DNA of 64,000 nucleotides from Candidatus Latescibacterota bacterium (GCA_965197905.1 CBDAOB010000004.1:2016001-2080000); one strand, 5' to 3'. Shown: positions 20,480 to 31,705, counted from the first letter of the stretch. Numbers and translations: made by a program. Notes: a model not told the origin generated them from the sequence alone.

Positions 20480-21850
20480 TTACCGAAAGAAGGTGGGATA
20501 CGCCTTGCCTTCCGCCTCCCGCTTTATCAGCAGGGCGAGTTCCATCAAGTGGTAATCGCCCCACATGGCAGATTCGCCGCAGGGTATCTTACGACCTCGG
20601 GGAACGTAGTCCCATCCGTTGGGTTGATGGTATATGGCGTGCAAGAGCAAACCCTGATGTCCGGGGTTGGCCGAGAGGTAGGGTAGGTCCAGCAATGCGT
20701 CGGCGATGGTCAGGCCAGCGGAACGATACCGATGCCCGTCTGCACTATTTTTCTTCAGCAGGTAGTTGCCCAACCGCAAATATCCTTGAGCGCAGATGGC
20801 AGCCGCGGAGCTATCGAGCGGCTCCACATCGTTGTGCGGGTCTGATGGTTTCTTCGTTATCCTACCAAATCTAAGGGTTCCCGGCGCTCCCGTGTCCCAA
20901 AACGGGACTCCATCCGCAAAGCTGTTATCAAGGTAAAACTCTGCGGTAGCCCGCGCGGCTTTTTCCATTCTCTGGATTATCGAACGTTTGGATCCGAATG
21001 GCTGCACGTCTGCTGCTTTTATCTGGGCGAAGTATTCGAGCTGTTCGGCGTAGCCGCATAAGATCCATGCCAAGCCACGAGTCCAGGTGGAGAAGGGAGA
21101 GTACCCCTGTTGGGTACTCGGACATCTATATTGGCCATCCGCCACGTTGAATATGGACTCGTGGGCGACTCTCCCAGGAACGTCGAATGAATCGCGGTCG
21201 TCGCCATAATACACGTTGAAGCGAGCGGTTGTGTCTGCATGTTCAATCAACCGGCCGAGCAGGCTCACCCTTTCGTCCCCCTCTGCCATGAGGACGTGCC
21301 CCAGTGTATGCGCCAATCCAAGTATGCGGAGGGAGCGGAGGGTATCTGAAAATAAAGACTGTGGACCGTTGAATGAGTGGATGTACCCACTGCCATACGC
21401 CGTTTCGCTCCAACGGGAAGCCTGGACGGCGCCCGACACCTTTATCGCCAGCTCATAGAGATCCAATTCTCGTTGGTGGAACGGAATGCGGCCCTCCAAC
21501 ATGAGGCGCCTCAGATTTCCATACGTCGACATGTTGTTGAAACCATGGTCGTGAACACCAACATGGGACACGTGCGGGGCCATCTGCTTTACCGTCAGCT
21601 CCCGGCCCATTTCTAGAAACTGTGTATCTTCCGTCATGTCGAACTGAAGTATGGCGCAGCCGTACTGAAATCCTTGAGTCCACTCAGTCCAACCGCGCGT
21701 AGTGTACTTACCCCGCTCCGTAAAAACCGGAGTTCCTTTGGCGGGATTCCAACGACGGTTCAATTCGTGAATCTTGCCGGCGCTGAGCTCCAGGAACCGG
21801 TCAATTTTCGGGTTCAGGGTGGACGCAGTTAGGCCAGTTGCGATGCGCAA
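20480..21850 (-). CDS. Glycoside hydrolase family 88-like (unsaturated glucuronyl hydrolase-like)
   Basis: WTEWTQGF, HDHGF, TWTRGLAW, PFWD, DSSAAAI and WGDY. The start (TTG 21850) is uncertain. Confidence 0.75.
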   Translation of the reverse strand: MRIATGLTASTLNPKIDRFLELSAGKIHELNRRWNPAKGTPVFTERGKYTTRGWTEWTQGFQYGCAILQFDMTEDTQFLEMGRELTVKQMAPHVSHVGVHDHGFNNMSTYGNLRRLMLEGRIPFHQRELDLYELAIKVSGAVQASRWSETAYGSGYIHSFNGPQSLFSDTLRSLRILGLAHTLGHVLMAEGDERVSLLGRLIEHADTTARFNVYYGDDRDSFDVPGRVAHESIFNVADGQYRCPSTQQGYSPFSTWTRGLAWILCGYAEQLEYFAQIKAADVQPFGSKRSIIQRMEKAARATAEFYLDNSFADGVPFWDTGAPGTLRFGRITKKPSDPHNDVEPLDSSAAAICAQGYLRLGNYLLKKNSADGHRYRSAGLTIADALLDLPYLSANPGHQGLLLHAIYHQPNGWDYVPRGRKIPCGESAMWGDYHLMELALLIKREAEGKAYPTFFR

Positions 21851-21985
21851 GTAGCTTGCCCTTTCAGTTGGAAATTTCGCGAAGAAATTATTCCCATGCT
21901 TATGTCCGGTCAACCAGATCGAGCATGAGCACATTGACGATTTGCTGGAGACAGTACGGCGTTTTCGCTACCTTACGGGACACCA

Positions 21986-24454
21986 ATGCCACGTCCAAAT
22001 GCCAGACTACTCACCTCCAACCTATTCCTTGCCACCACCCTGCTCGCCGGCACAATACTCCGCTTAACGGGATTCACTCGGGGAGCAAGCGATTCTTCCG
22101 AAGATGCCCTCAGTACGGGCGCGGGCAGCTTCCATCGCTTCCATCCCGATGAGGAACTCGTAGTTGGCGGCGCCCTGGTTCCGTTCGACTGGCTGACTCC
22201 TCCCTTTACCGTTTACGGAATCCTGCCGGCTCATCTTCTGCGACTCTCGCTTTACGTCTTGGGCTTGATTTTCGATTGGCCGCACCTCGATCTTGAAGAT
22301 CCCGAGAGCGTCCGTCGTGTCTATTACGTTGCAAGAGGGCTTGCCATCTTCTTTTCTCTGGGCACGATGCTACTGGTATGGCTCATCGCAAGAAGACATA
22401 TGGGAAGCCTGCAAGCCAATCTGGCGTTGGCCTTTGTTGCCTACGCGCCAGGAGCGGTGCAACAAGCCCATTTCTTCATCGTCGACGGTCTGTTCGTATT
22501 CGCGGCCACGGCGGCACTCGGTGCGATCATCGAGGCTGCAAAAACGAGAGATGTCATCTGGTTTGCGATCAGTGGGCTGATGATAGGCGTCTCGATCACC
22601 GTTAGAATGAACGGGGTCGCGCTGGCGGCGGTTCTCACGATCTTCTGTCTGGTCGGGCACGGCGGGATGCTCGCGCGAGGAAGCCGAAACGCTGCGTTGG
22701 CGCACCTTGCAGTCGCCTTCGTAGCTGCTCTATCCACGGTGATCCTGGTGCAACCTAATTTGGTTGTTCGGCCGGATCTTCTTTTTCTCGCCAATGCCCC
22801 CAAGGATTTCAGCCTCGCTGTCCAGTTTGCGCGCGGCGAGATTCTTCAACCCTGGAACCTGATCGACTACCACGCCCTGCCGTATATCTACCATTGGACG
22901 GATCTGTTGCCCTTGGCTATTGGCGCGGTGGGGACCGTATTCGGCGCGGTTGCAGTTTTTCATGCGGTTCGAGTCGGTGGAAGTGCGCACCTGGCTCTTT
23001 TCATGTGGCTGGTTCTTTACTTCCTGCAGTTCGGCGGTTTGTTGGCAAAATCGGTGCGCTACGTCCTGCCGATGGTTCCCGTTATCGCAATTCTGACCGC
23101 CGACCTTCTGGCACGAATCCGGTCCAAGCGACAACGGCTAGGTGTCCTGTTGATCGCGGTGGCAACCTTGCCGACCGCGGTCGCGGGTATCTCCTTCGGA
23201 CAGGTGTATACCGAAACAGACAGTCGTCTACTGGCGGCCCGCTGGATCGAAAGGAACGTACCGTTGGGAGGCTCGGTGGGGGTGGAAGGGGGTGGCTTCT
23301 CCGTGCACGGCCTCTTGAACGAATCCCGGATTGAGAAGACCTGGCTCGATCTGCCACAGATTTTCTACACCTCTCCCTATCTGCTTTGCGGCAGCCGATT
23401 GGATCTCTTGCGACGGCGCCTGGTGAAGATGGACTTCCTCGCTGTTGTCGATGCCAACCGGATGGCTCAGTACCGGGCTGTGCCGGATCTCTTTCCCGTC
23501 GTCGCCGGCTTCTACGACAAACTGGTCGATGAACGGTTGGGGTTCGAGCTCGTGAAGCGGTACAAGGTGAGTCCCGGTCTCTTTGGGATGCAATTCGACG
23601 ACAGCAGGTCCGAACCGTCGTTTATCGGCTACGATCACCCGGCCGTTCTGATCTATCGCGCCGACAGAAGCAAGATGGATACATCGCTGAAAATGTGGCG
23701 ACGCGAGCTGTTCAGCGACGACAACTGTTCCGACAAGCTGTTACTTGCGGCCGCGAGCGATCTCAACAGTGGAAACTACGAATCGGCCCAGCTGAGGGTT
23801 GCCGACACCCTGAGCAAATTCCCCCATGCGAAGACGGCCTATCTGCTTGAAGCCGAGATCCACTCGATTCAAGGCCGGCATGCCGCCAGCGCGGCCGCAC
23901 GGCAGAGGTACGAGCCTGAAAGCGGCGCCGGCGGTACCCTCCAGGCCGCCAACTACGGCACCATCCATCTCATTCCCTCGTCCTCCGCGCTAACCCTTGT
24001 GGAGCTTGGCCTGGAGGATTTAGCGGTGCGGATTCTGGAGGAAGGCCTGGAGGGAGTCCACAGATACGACGAGGATGTGGCCAAAGCTACGGCGTCGTCC
24101 TACTCGGAGGTCGCGAAGATGATGTTCGAGAAACGCCGGTTAAAGGAGATGGAGCAAACCCTGAATCTTTCCCTGCGGATTCATCCGACATCCGCCGCGC
24201 TGAATGTTCTTGGCACATTGGCCTACGGCCACGGCAAGACGGTGGTTGCCATGGATCATTGGGAACGATCGTTGGAAATCGAGGACAAGCAGCCCCAGAT
24301 CCACGCTCTGCTGGGGAAGGCGAATCTCGACAAAGCGGGAGATGCCACGTCTGCGTATCACCATCTCGAGCGTGCCATTCTCCAGGATTCCAACATGGCC
24401 CCCCAGCTAAAGCCCTGGCTCGCCCGAGCAAGCGCGCTTTCCGCCAAGCAGTGA
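21986..24454 (+). CDS. GT-C (ArnT/PMT-like) glycosyltransferase with C-terminal TPRs
   Basis: FHPDE, QAHFFIVD, RYVLP, DSRLLAARWI, EPSFIGYDHP and a TPR tail. Confidence 0.78.
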   Translation: MPRPNARLLTSNLFLATTLLAGTILRLTGFTRGASDSSEDALSTGAGSFHRFHPDEELVVGGALVPFDWLTPPFTVYGILPAHLLRLSLYVLGLIFDWPHLDLEDPESVRRVYYVARGLAIFFSLGTMLLVWLIARRHMGSLQANLALAFVAYAPGAVQQAHFFIVDGLFVFAATAALGAIIEAAKTRDVIWFAISGLMIGVSITVRMNGVALAAVLTIFCLVGHGGMLARGSRNAALAHLAVAFVAALSTVILVQPNLVVRPDLLFLANAPKDFSLAVQFARGEILQPWNLIDYHALPYIYHWTDLLPLAIGAVGTVFGAVAVFHAVRVGGSAHLALFMWLVLYFLQFGGLLAKSVRYVLPMVPVIAILTADLLARIRSKRQRLGVLLIAVATLPTAVAGISFGQVYTETDSRLLAARWIERNVPLGGSVGVEGGGFSVHGLLNESRIEKTWLDLPQIFYTSPYLLCGSRLDLLRRRLVKMDFLAVVDANRMAQYRAVPDLFPVVAGFYDKLVDERLGFELVKRYKVSPGLFGMQFDDSRSEPSFIGYDHPAVLIYRADRSKMDTSLKMWRRELFSDDNCSDKLLLAAASDLNSGNYESAQLRVADTLSKFPHAKTAYLLEAEIHSIQGRHAASAAARQRYEPESGAGGTLQAANYGTIHLIPSSSALTLVELGLEDLAVRILEEGLEGVHRYDEDVAKATASSYSEVAKMMFEKRRLKEMEQTLNLSLRIHPTSAALNVLGTLAYGHGKTVVAMDHWERSLEIEDKQPQIHALLGKANLDKAGDATSAYHHLERAILQDSNMAPQLKPWLARASALSAKQ

Positions 24455-26857
24455 ATCGCAAACCATCCTGGGCTCTCGTCGCTGTCGTCATCTTGATACT
24501 GGGCGGAGCGGCCCGCTTCCATGGGATTGACCGGGACAGAAGCGACTTTCTGTTGCCGGAACGCACCGCTCTGGGAATAGGTCAGGAGTTCTACGAATTC
24601 CACCCGGACGAAGAAACCCTCGTTCATGCCGCTTTGCAGCTAGAGACACCCCTGAGCCCGCCGACTACCTCCTATGGATTGTTGCCTATCTACCTCGCAC
24701 GCGGAATCGTCGAAGCTCTTTCGATGGCGTACGAAGCCGATCTCAGCGACCTCGGCGCTTCTCCGTTCAGACCCCATCTCTTTGTTGCCGTAAGACTCTT
24801 CTCGGCCGGTCTTTCGATGCTGTGCCTGATTGGGCTGTGGGTCTTGGGGCGAGCGTATTTCAGTAGCTCCGTTGCGGCTCTTTCCACCGCCCTATTCGCA
24901 GCGTTTCCCATAGCCATTCAGCTCGCCCACTATTACACCGTCGACGGTGTCTTCACTCTAATGGTAGTGATCGCCAGTGCCTGTTTTATCAACGCGATCC
25001 GGTCATACCGGTATGACCTGTACTTTTTATGCGGTATCTGTATCGGGCTGACCGCGGCTGTCCGTCTCAACGGACTGTTGCTGCTCCCAACCCTCATCGT
25101 TGCCCATTGTGCCCTCGGCCCCGCCGAAAAGTCGCTCGTATCTCGGTTGAGACAGGCGGCTGACCTCAGGTTGTGGTGTGCCGGCGTCACAGCGGTGGTG
25201 ACCCTCCTCCTGTTACAACCGTATCTGCTGGTTCAACCCGAGTTGATGATGCGGGCAGAATCTTCGAATGACTTCGGGTTCTCAGCCCTGGTCGCCGGAG
25301 GAGAAATATTGCGACCGTGGTCGTTGTTCGATATCTCAACGCCGCCGTTTGTCCACTACCTTGCCAGGCTCATCCCTCTGGCTACGGGTTGGCCGATGGC
25401 CGCAATTTTGGTTCCGGCGATCATCCATGGTTTGTGGCGGGGCTCGATACCGAGGACCGTCTGTGCGACCTGGCTGTTGTTATACTTCGCGACGATCGGA
25501 GGACAGCACACGAAACACGTGCGTTATCTGCTGCCCATGTTGCCGGCGGCATCCTTGCTCGTGGCAGATCTTTGCGTCGCCTTCTACCTAAAGTTCCGCT
25601 CTACCGGCGCCAGAATGTTTACATGTTGCGCTATTGCCGCCCTCATCGGCTACACCTCCCTGTACGGCGTCGCCTTCGCCACGATCTATTCCGACGAGGA
25701 CAGTCGCATCACAGCCGGTAGGTGGGTGGAGGAAAACGTGCCCGCCGGAACTACGATCGGCCTGGAACGAGGTGGATTCTCCGTCCGGTCGACCATCAGT
25801 AGCACACGGTATCGCCACGAGCTGCGAAACCGGATTCCATTTTGGCACGCGGGGGTATCTGAGTTGCCGGGCGGCGACTCGAGTGCTCGAAGAGAGACTA
25901 CAGAAAATGAAGGTTCTCGTGATCGCTCAAGAGAATCGCAGCTGGCAGTTTCAAGCCGCAAGGGACCTTTACCCGGCTCTTTCGAGCTTCTACGAAGATC
26001 TCACACTCGGGATCTTGGGGTTCGAGCAGGTCCAGCTGCTTAAACAAGAGCCGTCTCTCTTTGGTCTTGGATTCGGGGAACCTAGATCCGATCCGTCCTT
26101 TACCGGATACGATCATCCCACGGTGCTGATATTCCGCAAAGCCAGCACCTTTCCCGAGCAGTTTGCGGCCTGGCAGAACAAGCTATTTCAGGAATCGGGA
26201 TGTGTGGATATTGCGTTCGAGGGGGCGGTTGAAGCTCTTCGGAAAAACCGCTTGGATCGGGTGGAGCAGTCAGTTCACAAAATCCGCCGGCTCGATCCCG
26301 ATGCCCTATACGTTCTACTCTTGCTCGCGGAAGGCATGCATCGGTCCGGAAAGTTGGACATGGAAGACAAGGCACTGGAAGGGTTCATGCGGGGTTACAG
26401 CGATCGCTCTCGATCGCTGTATCTGTTGCCATGGGCGACGGCTTCAAGCTATTTGATCGTTGGGCTCGAGGACCTGGCGTTGAGCGCCCTCCGAGACGGG
26501 GTGCACAAATCCCTCTTTGTGAAGGGCGCAGACCGGCGCAAGATGGCCAGTTCCTATCTCGACCTGGCCAACCGGTTGTACCTCCAGCACCAGATCCTTT
26601 CAGCAGAGCAGGTCTATCAGCTTGCCAACAGGATCCAGCCGGAGGTGACGGCACACAACGCGCTGGCATTGATCGCCTACAATCGAGGCCATTTTTCAAG
26701 CGCCGCCAGCTACTGGCAGGAATCGTTGGAACTCGAAGGGACACAAGCCGACGTACACGGCTACCTGGCGGAGCTCATGAGGAATCAACTCGGCGATCCA
26801 CACAAAGCCAGATTTCATTTACGACGCGCAGCAGAATTGAATCCCGATAACCTGTAA
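24451..26857 (+). pseudogene. Tandem paralog GT-C plus TPR glycosyltransferase, one frameshift near 25824 (real or assembly error)
   Basis: GTGA overlap with the upstream stop. The N-terminal part (FHPDE, AHYYTVD, DSRITAGRWV) is in one frame and the C-terminal part (GYLSC, DPSFTGYDHP, TPRs) is in the +1 frame. The joined length of about 800 aa is close to the 822-aa paralog. Confidence 0.75.
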
Positions 26858-26873
26858 CCAATACGGAGGGACC

Positions 26874-27302
26874 ATGGCCGGTTATTATCTGTGGATGAAA
26901 GCCGTTCACATTATATCCATTCTCGTTTGGATGGGTGGTTTGTTGTTTTTTCCCTGGGTGCTGTTCTACCAGGCTCGGGAATCCAGCAGCGAAGCGCTAA
27001 CCGCCTTTGGAAAGACGGTGATGCGAGGGTTGATCAACCCGGCAGCAGTGCTGGCGTTAGTCACGGGCGTGTTGCTGATAATTGTCACGGGGGCCGGGGC
27101 GCCCGGATCCGGCGCTTGGATGCACCTCAAGATCGTTCTCATCCTCATGATCGGGGCCGTGCACGGAATTCTCTCCAAACATCGCAGGCTTGGCGAACGA
27201 GGCGAATCGACCAAGTCGCCGGCTTATTTCCGCGTCCTCTTCTATATCTTGTTGGCGCTGGCCATAGCGGTGGTATTCACCGTCGTCATGAAACCGTTCT
27301 AA
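26874..27302 (+). CDS. hemJ: Protoporphyrinogen IX oxidase HemJ family
   Basis: WMKAVHIISILVWMGGL, INPA, WMHLK and C-terminal VMKPF; four TM segments. Confidence 0.8.
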   Translation: MAGYYLWMKAVHIISILVWMGGLLFFPWVLFYQARESSSEALTAFGKTVMRGLINPAAVLALVTGVLLIIVTGAGAPGSGAWMHLKIVLILMIGAVHGILSKHRRLGERGESTKSPAYFRVLFYILLALAIAVVFTVVMKPF

Positions 27303-27350
27303 CTTCGCCTTGCGAACCCTTTAGTTTCACGTGGGTATGGATGGAGCGCG

Positions 27351-28385
27351 ATGGCCAGTTTGATCGAGTGTGTTCCCAACTTCAGTGAAGGGCGAGCGCA
27401 CGGAAAAATCCGGAAAATTGTCGATGCACTTGTCAGGGATCCGAAGGTAGCGCTACTAGGGAGCGAACCGGGGGCCGGCGCCAACCGAACGGTGGTAACC
27501 ATCGCCGCCCCTCCCGGTGCGGTAGTGGACGCTGCGTTTCGCGGCATCGAAGCCGCCGCAAGCTGCATTGACATGCGCAAGCACCTGGGCGCACACCAAC
27601 GAATTGGGGCCACGGACGTATGTCCCTTTGTCCCGCTCACAGACGCAACCATGCAAGAGTGTGTTTCCTTGGCTAGGGAATTGGGTGCTCGCGTGGGAGA
27701 AAAGCTCGGTATTGCGGTTTACCTCTACGGTGAGGCTGCGACCCAACCGGAACGGCGGAAACTCACGGATGTACGTCGAGGCCAATACGAATCCCTCGAG
27801 TCAAAGCTGCGTACCGTTGAAGGTGCTCCGGACTTCGGACCGACCCAGCTAAACCCGAAGGCCGGCGCAACCGCGATCGGGGCGCGGGATTTTCTCATTG
27901 CCTGGAACGTAAATCTGGACAGTAAGGACGCCGTTCTCGCCGAGCGAATTGCGGCTATGCTCCGGGAAAGCGGGGGGCCGAAGCGCGACCCCACCGGGAT
28001 CGTAGAGCGGGATGGCAACGGCTGCCCGCTTCGCGTGCCGGGCCGGTTCAAGAGATTACAAGGCAGGGGATGGTTTATTCCCGAGCACGGCTGTGCGCAG
28101 ATCTCGTTCAATCTTCTCGATTACCGCACTTCGAGTTTGCGCGATATTTTCGAGGCCTGCCGCTCCGAAGCCGAGAGGTTAGGAAGTCGTGTAACCGGCA
28201 GCGAACTGATCGGCCTGGCGCCTTTGGAGGCGTTGTTGATGGCGGGAAAGAGCTATGTTCGTGAGCCCGACAACGACACGGTTCTTGTGGCAGCCGCCAT
28301 CGAGGGACTCGGCCTCAGCGGCCTGCGCCCATTTAATCCGAACGAGCGAATTATCGAATATGCGCTGAGGGCAACGCCGCGATGA
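27351..28385 (+). CDS. ftcD: Glutamate formiminotransferase (no cyclodeaminase domain)
   Basis: IECVPNFSEGR, NRTVVT, IDMRKHLGAH.RIGATDVCPFVP and GSELIGL. Confidence 0.9.
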   Translation: MASLIECVPNFSEGRAHGKIRKIVDALVRDPKVALLGSEPGAGANRTVVTIAAPPGAVVDAAFRGIEAAASCIDMRKHLGAHQRIGATDVCPFVPLTDATMQECVSLARELGARVGEKLGIAVYLYGEAATQPERRKLTDVRRGQYESLESKLRTVEGAPDFGPTQLNPKAGATAIGARDFLIAWNVNLDSKDAVLAERIAAMLRESGGPKRDPTGIVERDGNGCPLRVPGRFKRLQGRGWFIPEHGCAQISFNLLDYRTSSLRDIFEACRSEAERLGSRVTGSELIGLAPLEALLMAGKSYVREPDNDTVLVAAAIEGLGLSGLRPFNPNERIIEYALRATPR

Positions 28386-28400
28386 CGCGAGGCTTTGGTG

Positions 28401-29279
28401 TCAGTAGAGCGTTCGATGCAGACGTTGCGGATAATCGGCAACGACCTCATTGTGCCGACCTAACAAGCGAAAAACAGCCACCATGGCATCCTTGGCGGTG
28501 CCGTCACGAAATCCCTTGTCGCGCTCGATAATCGCGAACCATTCTCTTAGGGCCGTGGCAAAATCGTCGTCCGCCGCGGCACAGCTGGCGACATTGAAAC
28601 GGGCATCCAGGTCGTCGGGATCCGCCGCCAATCTCGCGCGACACTGCGCCTCGCCACCGGCATCCTGGCAGGTGCGGACGAATCCGATTTGGGCCAGCAG
28701 CGCGTGGGCTTTTTCATATTCCGCATCTCCAGGTTCCACCCGCTTGACCAGCTCCTCCACCTGATCGAAATCCCCCTGTCGCAGCCGAATCTTAGCCAAC
28801 CCGAGGATGGCCTCGCTGTTGTCTTCGTTTTCCTGGAGCTGTGACTCGAACACATCTGCTGCTGACTGCAAGTCGCCCGCATCCACCAGATCGCGGGCCT
28901 CGTTCAATCGATCTTCCGCCTCGTTGTCTTCCGGCAGCACCACCAGAGGTCGAAGCAGCTTCTCAACCTCCTCCTTCGGCAGCGCCCCTGTAAATTCCTG
29001 AACCAGGCGTCCGTCCTTGACGATCTTGACAGCCGGGATCCCTTGAACCCCAAAGGCCATGGCCAGCTGTTGATTGTCATCCACATTGACCTTGGCCAAG
29101 GCGATGTCCGGACCCAGGGAATTCACCACCTCCTCCAGGATCGGTCCCAACGCGCGGCACGGGCCACACCAAGGGGCCCAGAAATCGATCACAATCGTTC
29201 GATCCTTGGAACCCTCGATCACGACCTCCTCGAATTCGGAAGCCTCGACATCGAATATCTTGGCGTTTAACGATTCCAT
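28401..29279 (-). CDS. Thioredoxin-TPR chaperedoxin (CnoX/YbbN family)
   Basis: DFWAPWCGPC thioredoxin domain followed by TPR helices. Confidence 0.9.
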   Translation of the reverse strand: MESLNAKIFDVEASEFEEVVIEGSKDRTIVIDFWAPWCGPCRALGPILEEVVNSLGPDIALAKVNVDDNQQLAMAFGVQGIPAVKIVKDGRLVQEFTGALPKEEVEKLLRPLVVLPEDNEAEDRLNEARDLVDAGDLQSAADVFESQLQENEDNSEAILGLAKIRLRQGDFDQVEELVKRVEPGDAEYEKAHALLAQIGFVRTCQDAGGEAQCRARLAADPDDLDARFNVASCAAADDDFATALREWFAIIERDKGFRDGTAKDAMVAVFRLLGRHNEVVADYPQRLHRTLY

Positions 29280-29371
29280 AATTATTCCTCCATAATACCT
29301 TCAAGCCCCATGTTGGCTGCTTGTCCGGATTTCGTGCATTGGATGCAAGGTTGTTGAAAAAAGTCGCATCG

Positions 29372-30421
29372 CTACTGCGATCTGCCGCGCCCCGCTATCT
29401 CCCACTCGTCCACAACCTCGCCGTTTCTGACCGGATATATCCGATCGTGGAGGTTGGTGGTCATGCCTCCATGAAGCGGAATGAACGACATGACGTCTCC
29501 CACTGCGAATGCGTGGGCCGAGCCGTCGACGTTGAGTTCGCCGTGTTCGACGTACATCTTTTCGAACCAAATCTCTGGGTGCTCGATGCAATAGCCGTAC
29601 GGAATGGGGGGATAGCTGGCAAGGGCTTTCATGCCGGCGTCAACGATAACGTGGCTGTGATGTCCAGCGCTCACGACAGTGACCACCAACCTCAGAGAGC
29701 ATCTCCCCGGGTTCAGATCGCTCCTTTCTTTGATCCGGGTCATGCCTTCGTAGGCGTAGGAGCCGATGCGGACCTCGGTGCACCCGAGTGCCTTGGATAT
29801 TTCCTCCTCTCCGGTCCCACCCCCACTTACCATGTGCAGCGGCAATCCAGCGCCGTTCATGAACGTCCTCACCTCTGCGATAAAAGGCGCCATCGACTCC
29901 ATGCTGGGGTAGGTCATGACCCCCATGAATTCCAGCCCGGGCGCACGATCGATCTCCTGGGCAAGCTCCAGGGTCTGCTGCGGCGACTGGGTTCCACATC
30001 GACCCATACCAGAGTCCATCTCTACCAGGACCCGGAGAATCAGGCCGTCCCGTGAGGCCTGGTCCGACAGACCGGCGACAACGGTTGAATTGTCTGCCGC
30101 GAGTGTGAGAGTGGCATCACTCTCGCGGATTAATTTCGACAGTCGTTCCAGCTTCGCGCGACCGAGTATATTGTACGGAATCAGGATGTCTTTGATGCCG
30201 CCGGCGACCATCGCCTCGGCCTCGCCCAGTTTCTGGGAACAGATGCCGATAGCTCCGTGGTCTATCTGCAGTTGGGCCAACCGCGGCGTTTTGTGGGTCT
30301 TCGTGTGAACCCGCAGGTCAATCTCCAGTCGATCACAGGCAGACTGAAGTGTCGTGATATTGCGCTCCAGAACATCCAAATCGACGATCAGCGCCGGCGT
30401 GTCCAGCTCGGTGTAGTGCAT
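29372..30421 (-). CDS. DSD1 / D-threonine aldolase family PLP-dependent enzyme
   Basis: LDTPAL, RVHTKTHK, GRCG, SGGGT, DAGMK and EHG. Confidence 0.88.
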   Translation of the reverse strand: MHYTELDTPALIVDLDVLERNITTLQSACDRLEIDLRVHTKTHKTPRLAQLQIDHGAIGICSQKLGEAEAMVAGGIKDILIPYNILGRAKLERLSKLIRESDATLTLAADNSTVVAGLSDQASRDGLILRVLVEMDSGMGRCGTQSPQQTLELAQEIDRAPGLEFMGVMTYPSMESMAPFIAEVRTFMNGAGLPLHMVSGGGTGEEEISKALGCTEVRIGSYAYEGMTRIKERSDLNPGRCSLRLVVTVVSAGHHSHVIVDAGMKALASYPPIPYGYCIEHPEIWFEKMYVEHGELNVDGSAHAFAVGDVMSFIPLHGGMTTNLHDRIYPVRNGEVVDEWEIAGRGRSQ

Positions 30422-30427
30422 CGCTTT

Positions 30428-31624
30428 CTAGCTCCCCCCTTCGAGAATCTCCAAATACCGAAACGCGTTGTAATCCCACGAGTACTCGCGGCGGACGTAC
30501 TCCTTCGCCTCCTCGCGTTTCGCGTCTTTATCAGCGTCTGACAAGCGATAGAATCGGTGAATCTGCTCCACAAATTCCGGGTAGTTGTTGGGCTCGACCA
30601 GGTAACCTCCCTCGCGCACGCTCTCTACGATGGCATCTACGGCGAACGCCACCACAGGAAGGCCCGCATACATACCTTCCAGCTGCGTCATTCCGAAACC
30701 TTCTGCATCGTGGGGGGTAGGTATGTTCGGAAAGAGGAAAAGATCGGCGCTCTGCCGCAACATGGCTACCACCTCTTCCGGTTGGTGCCCCACGAGCACG
30801 AGCCGCTCGCGAAGATTGGGGTGGGTCTGTAAAGCAGCTATGCGCTCGAAATCCGGCCCACCTCCGCAGACGACCACTTTGATGTCCGGATCGAGCATAA
30901 GCATGCCCTTCTCGAGAAATGCGGCGACGCCTTTCCGCGGAATCAGGCGACCGAAATTGAGAAGCACCCGCTCGCTGAATCGCATCCCGTGCTCATCTTC
31001 GAACCGTTTTGCGAGTTCCCGGCAGCGGTCGGATGGTAGCATCAAAGGTTCGATGCCTACATAGACGACCTCGATTTTGTCCTCAGGTATGCCTGCTCGA
31101 ACGGCAAGCTGCCGCGAGTACTGGCTGATCGCGACGACTCGATCACAACTCAGCGCGCCGCGCTTCATGAGCGTGCGGGCAATCCAATTACCGTAGGTCA
31201 TCTCCAAGGCGTAGATGGTGACTACGAAACGCACCGAACCCAGGTGTCGGAGCAGGGGAGCCATCGCCCCAGCCACCCCGTCACCAAAGTAGACCACGTC
31301 CACTTTTCGAAACACGACCGAGAACAGTGTCACGACGAAGGCGAACGGCAGAAACCATATCAAGTGTATGAGTGACTGACGATCCAGGGCCACCAACCTC
31401 ACATCCCTGTCGGTGGCAAGCCGCTTGTGCAGTTCGAAGCAATGTCTCTGTATTCCGCCGAGGGTGGGCGGAAACCGACGGGCGATGAAGAGAATTCTTG
31501 AGTTGGCGATAATCGAGCTCTCGTGGGGGCGGATTCGCCACAGCGAGGTGTTGATCCGCCGTGCGTGTCCCTCAAAATACCCAAATCTCATCTGGGAATC
31601 CAACGAACATCCCACCATTCTCAA
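30428..31624 (-). CDS. Glycosyltransferase family 4 (start uncertain, probably near 31515)
   Basis: FPPTLGG, GRLIPRKG and EGFGMTQLEGMYAGLPVV. Confidence 0.88.
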   Translation of the reverse strand: MRMVGCSLDSQMRFGYFEGHARRINTSLWRIRPHESSIIANSRILFIARRFPPTLGGIQRHCFELHKRLATDRDVRLVALDRQSLIHLIWFLPFAFVVTLFSVVFRKVDVVYFGDGVAGAMAPLLRHLGSVRFVVTIYALEMTYGNWIARTLMKRGALSCDRVVAISQYSRQLAVRAGIPEDKIEVVYVGIEPLMLPSDRCRELAKRFEDEHGMRFSERVLLNFGRLIPRKGVAAFLEKGMLMLDPDIKVVVCGGGPDFERIAALQTHPNLRERLVLVGHQPEEVVAMLRQSADLFLFPNIPTPHDAEGFGMTQLEGMYAGLPVVAFAVDAIVESVREGGYLVEPNNYPEFVEQIHRFYRLSDADKDAKREEAKEYVRREYSWDYNAFRYLEILEGGS

Positions 31625-31705
31625 TCTTCTTGACAGTCGTCCCTTCCGATTGTATACATTTGGGACACAACGCGATCGAATGACTTACGGAGGGAGGATT
31701 TCGAT

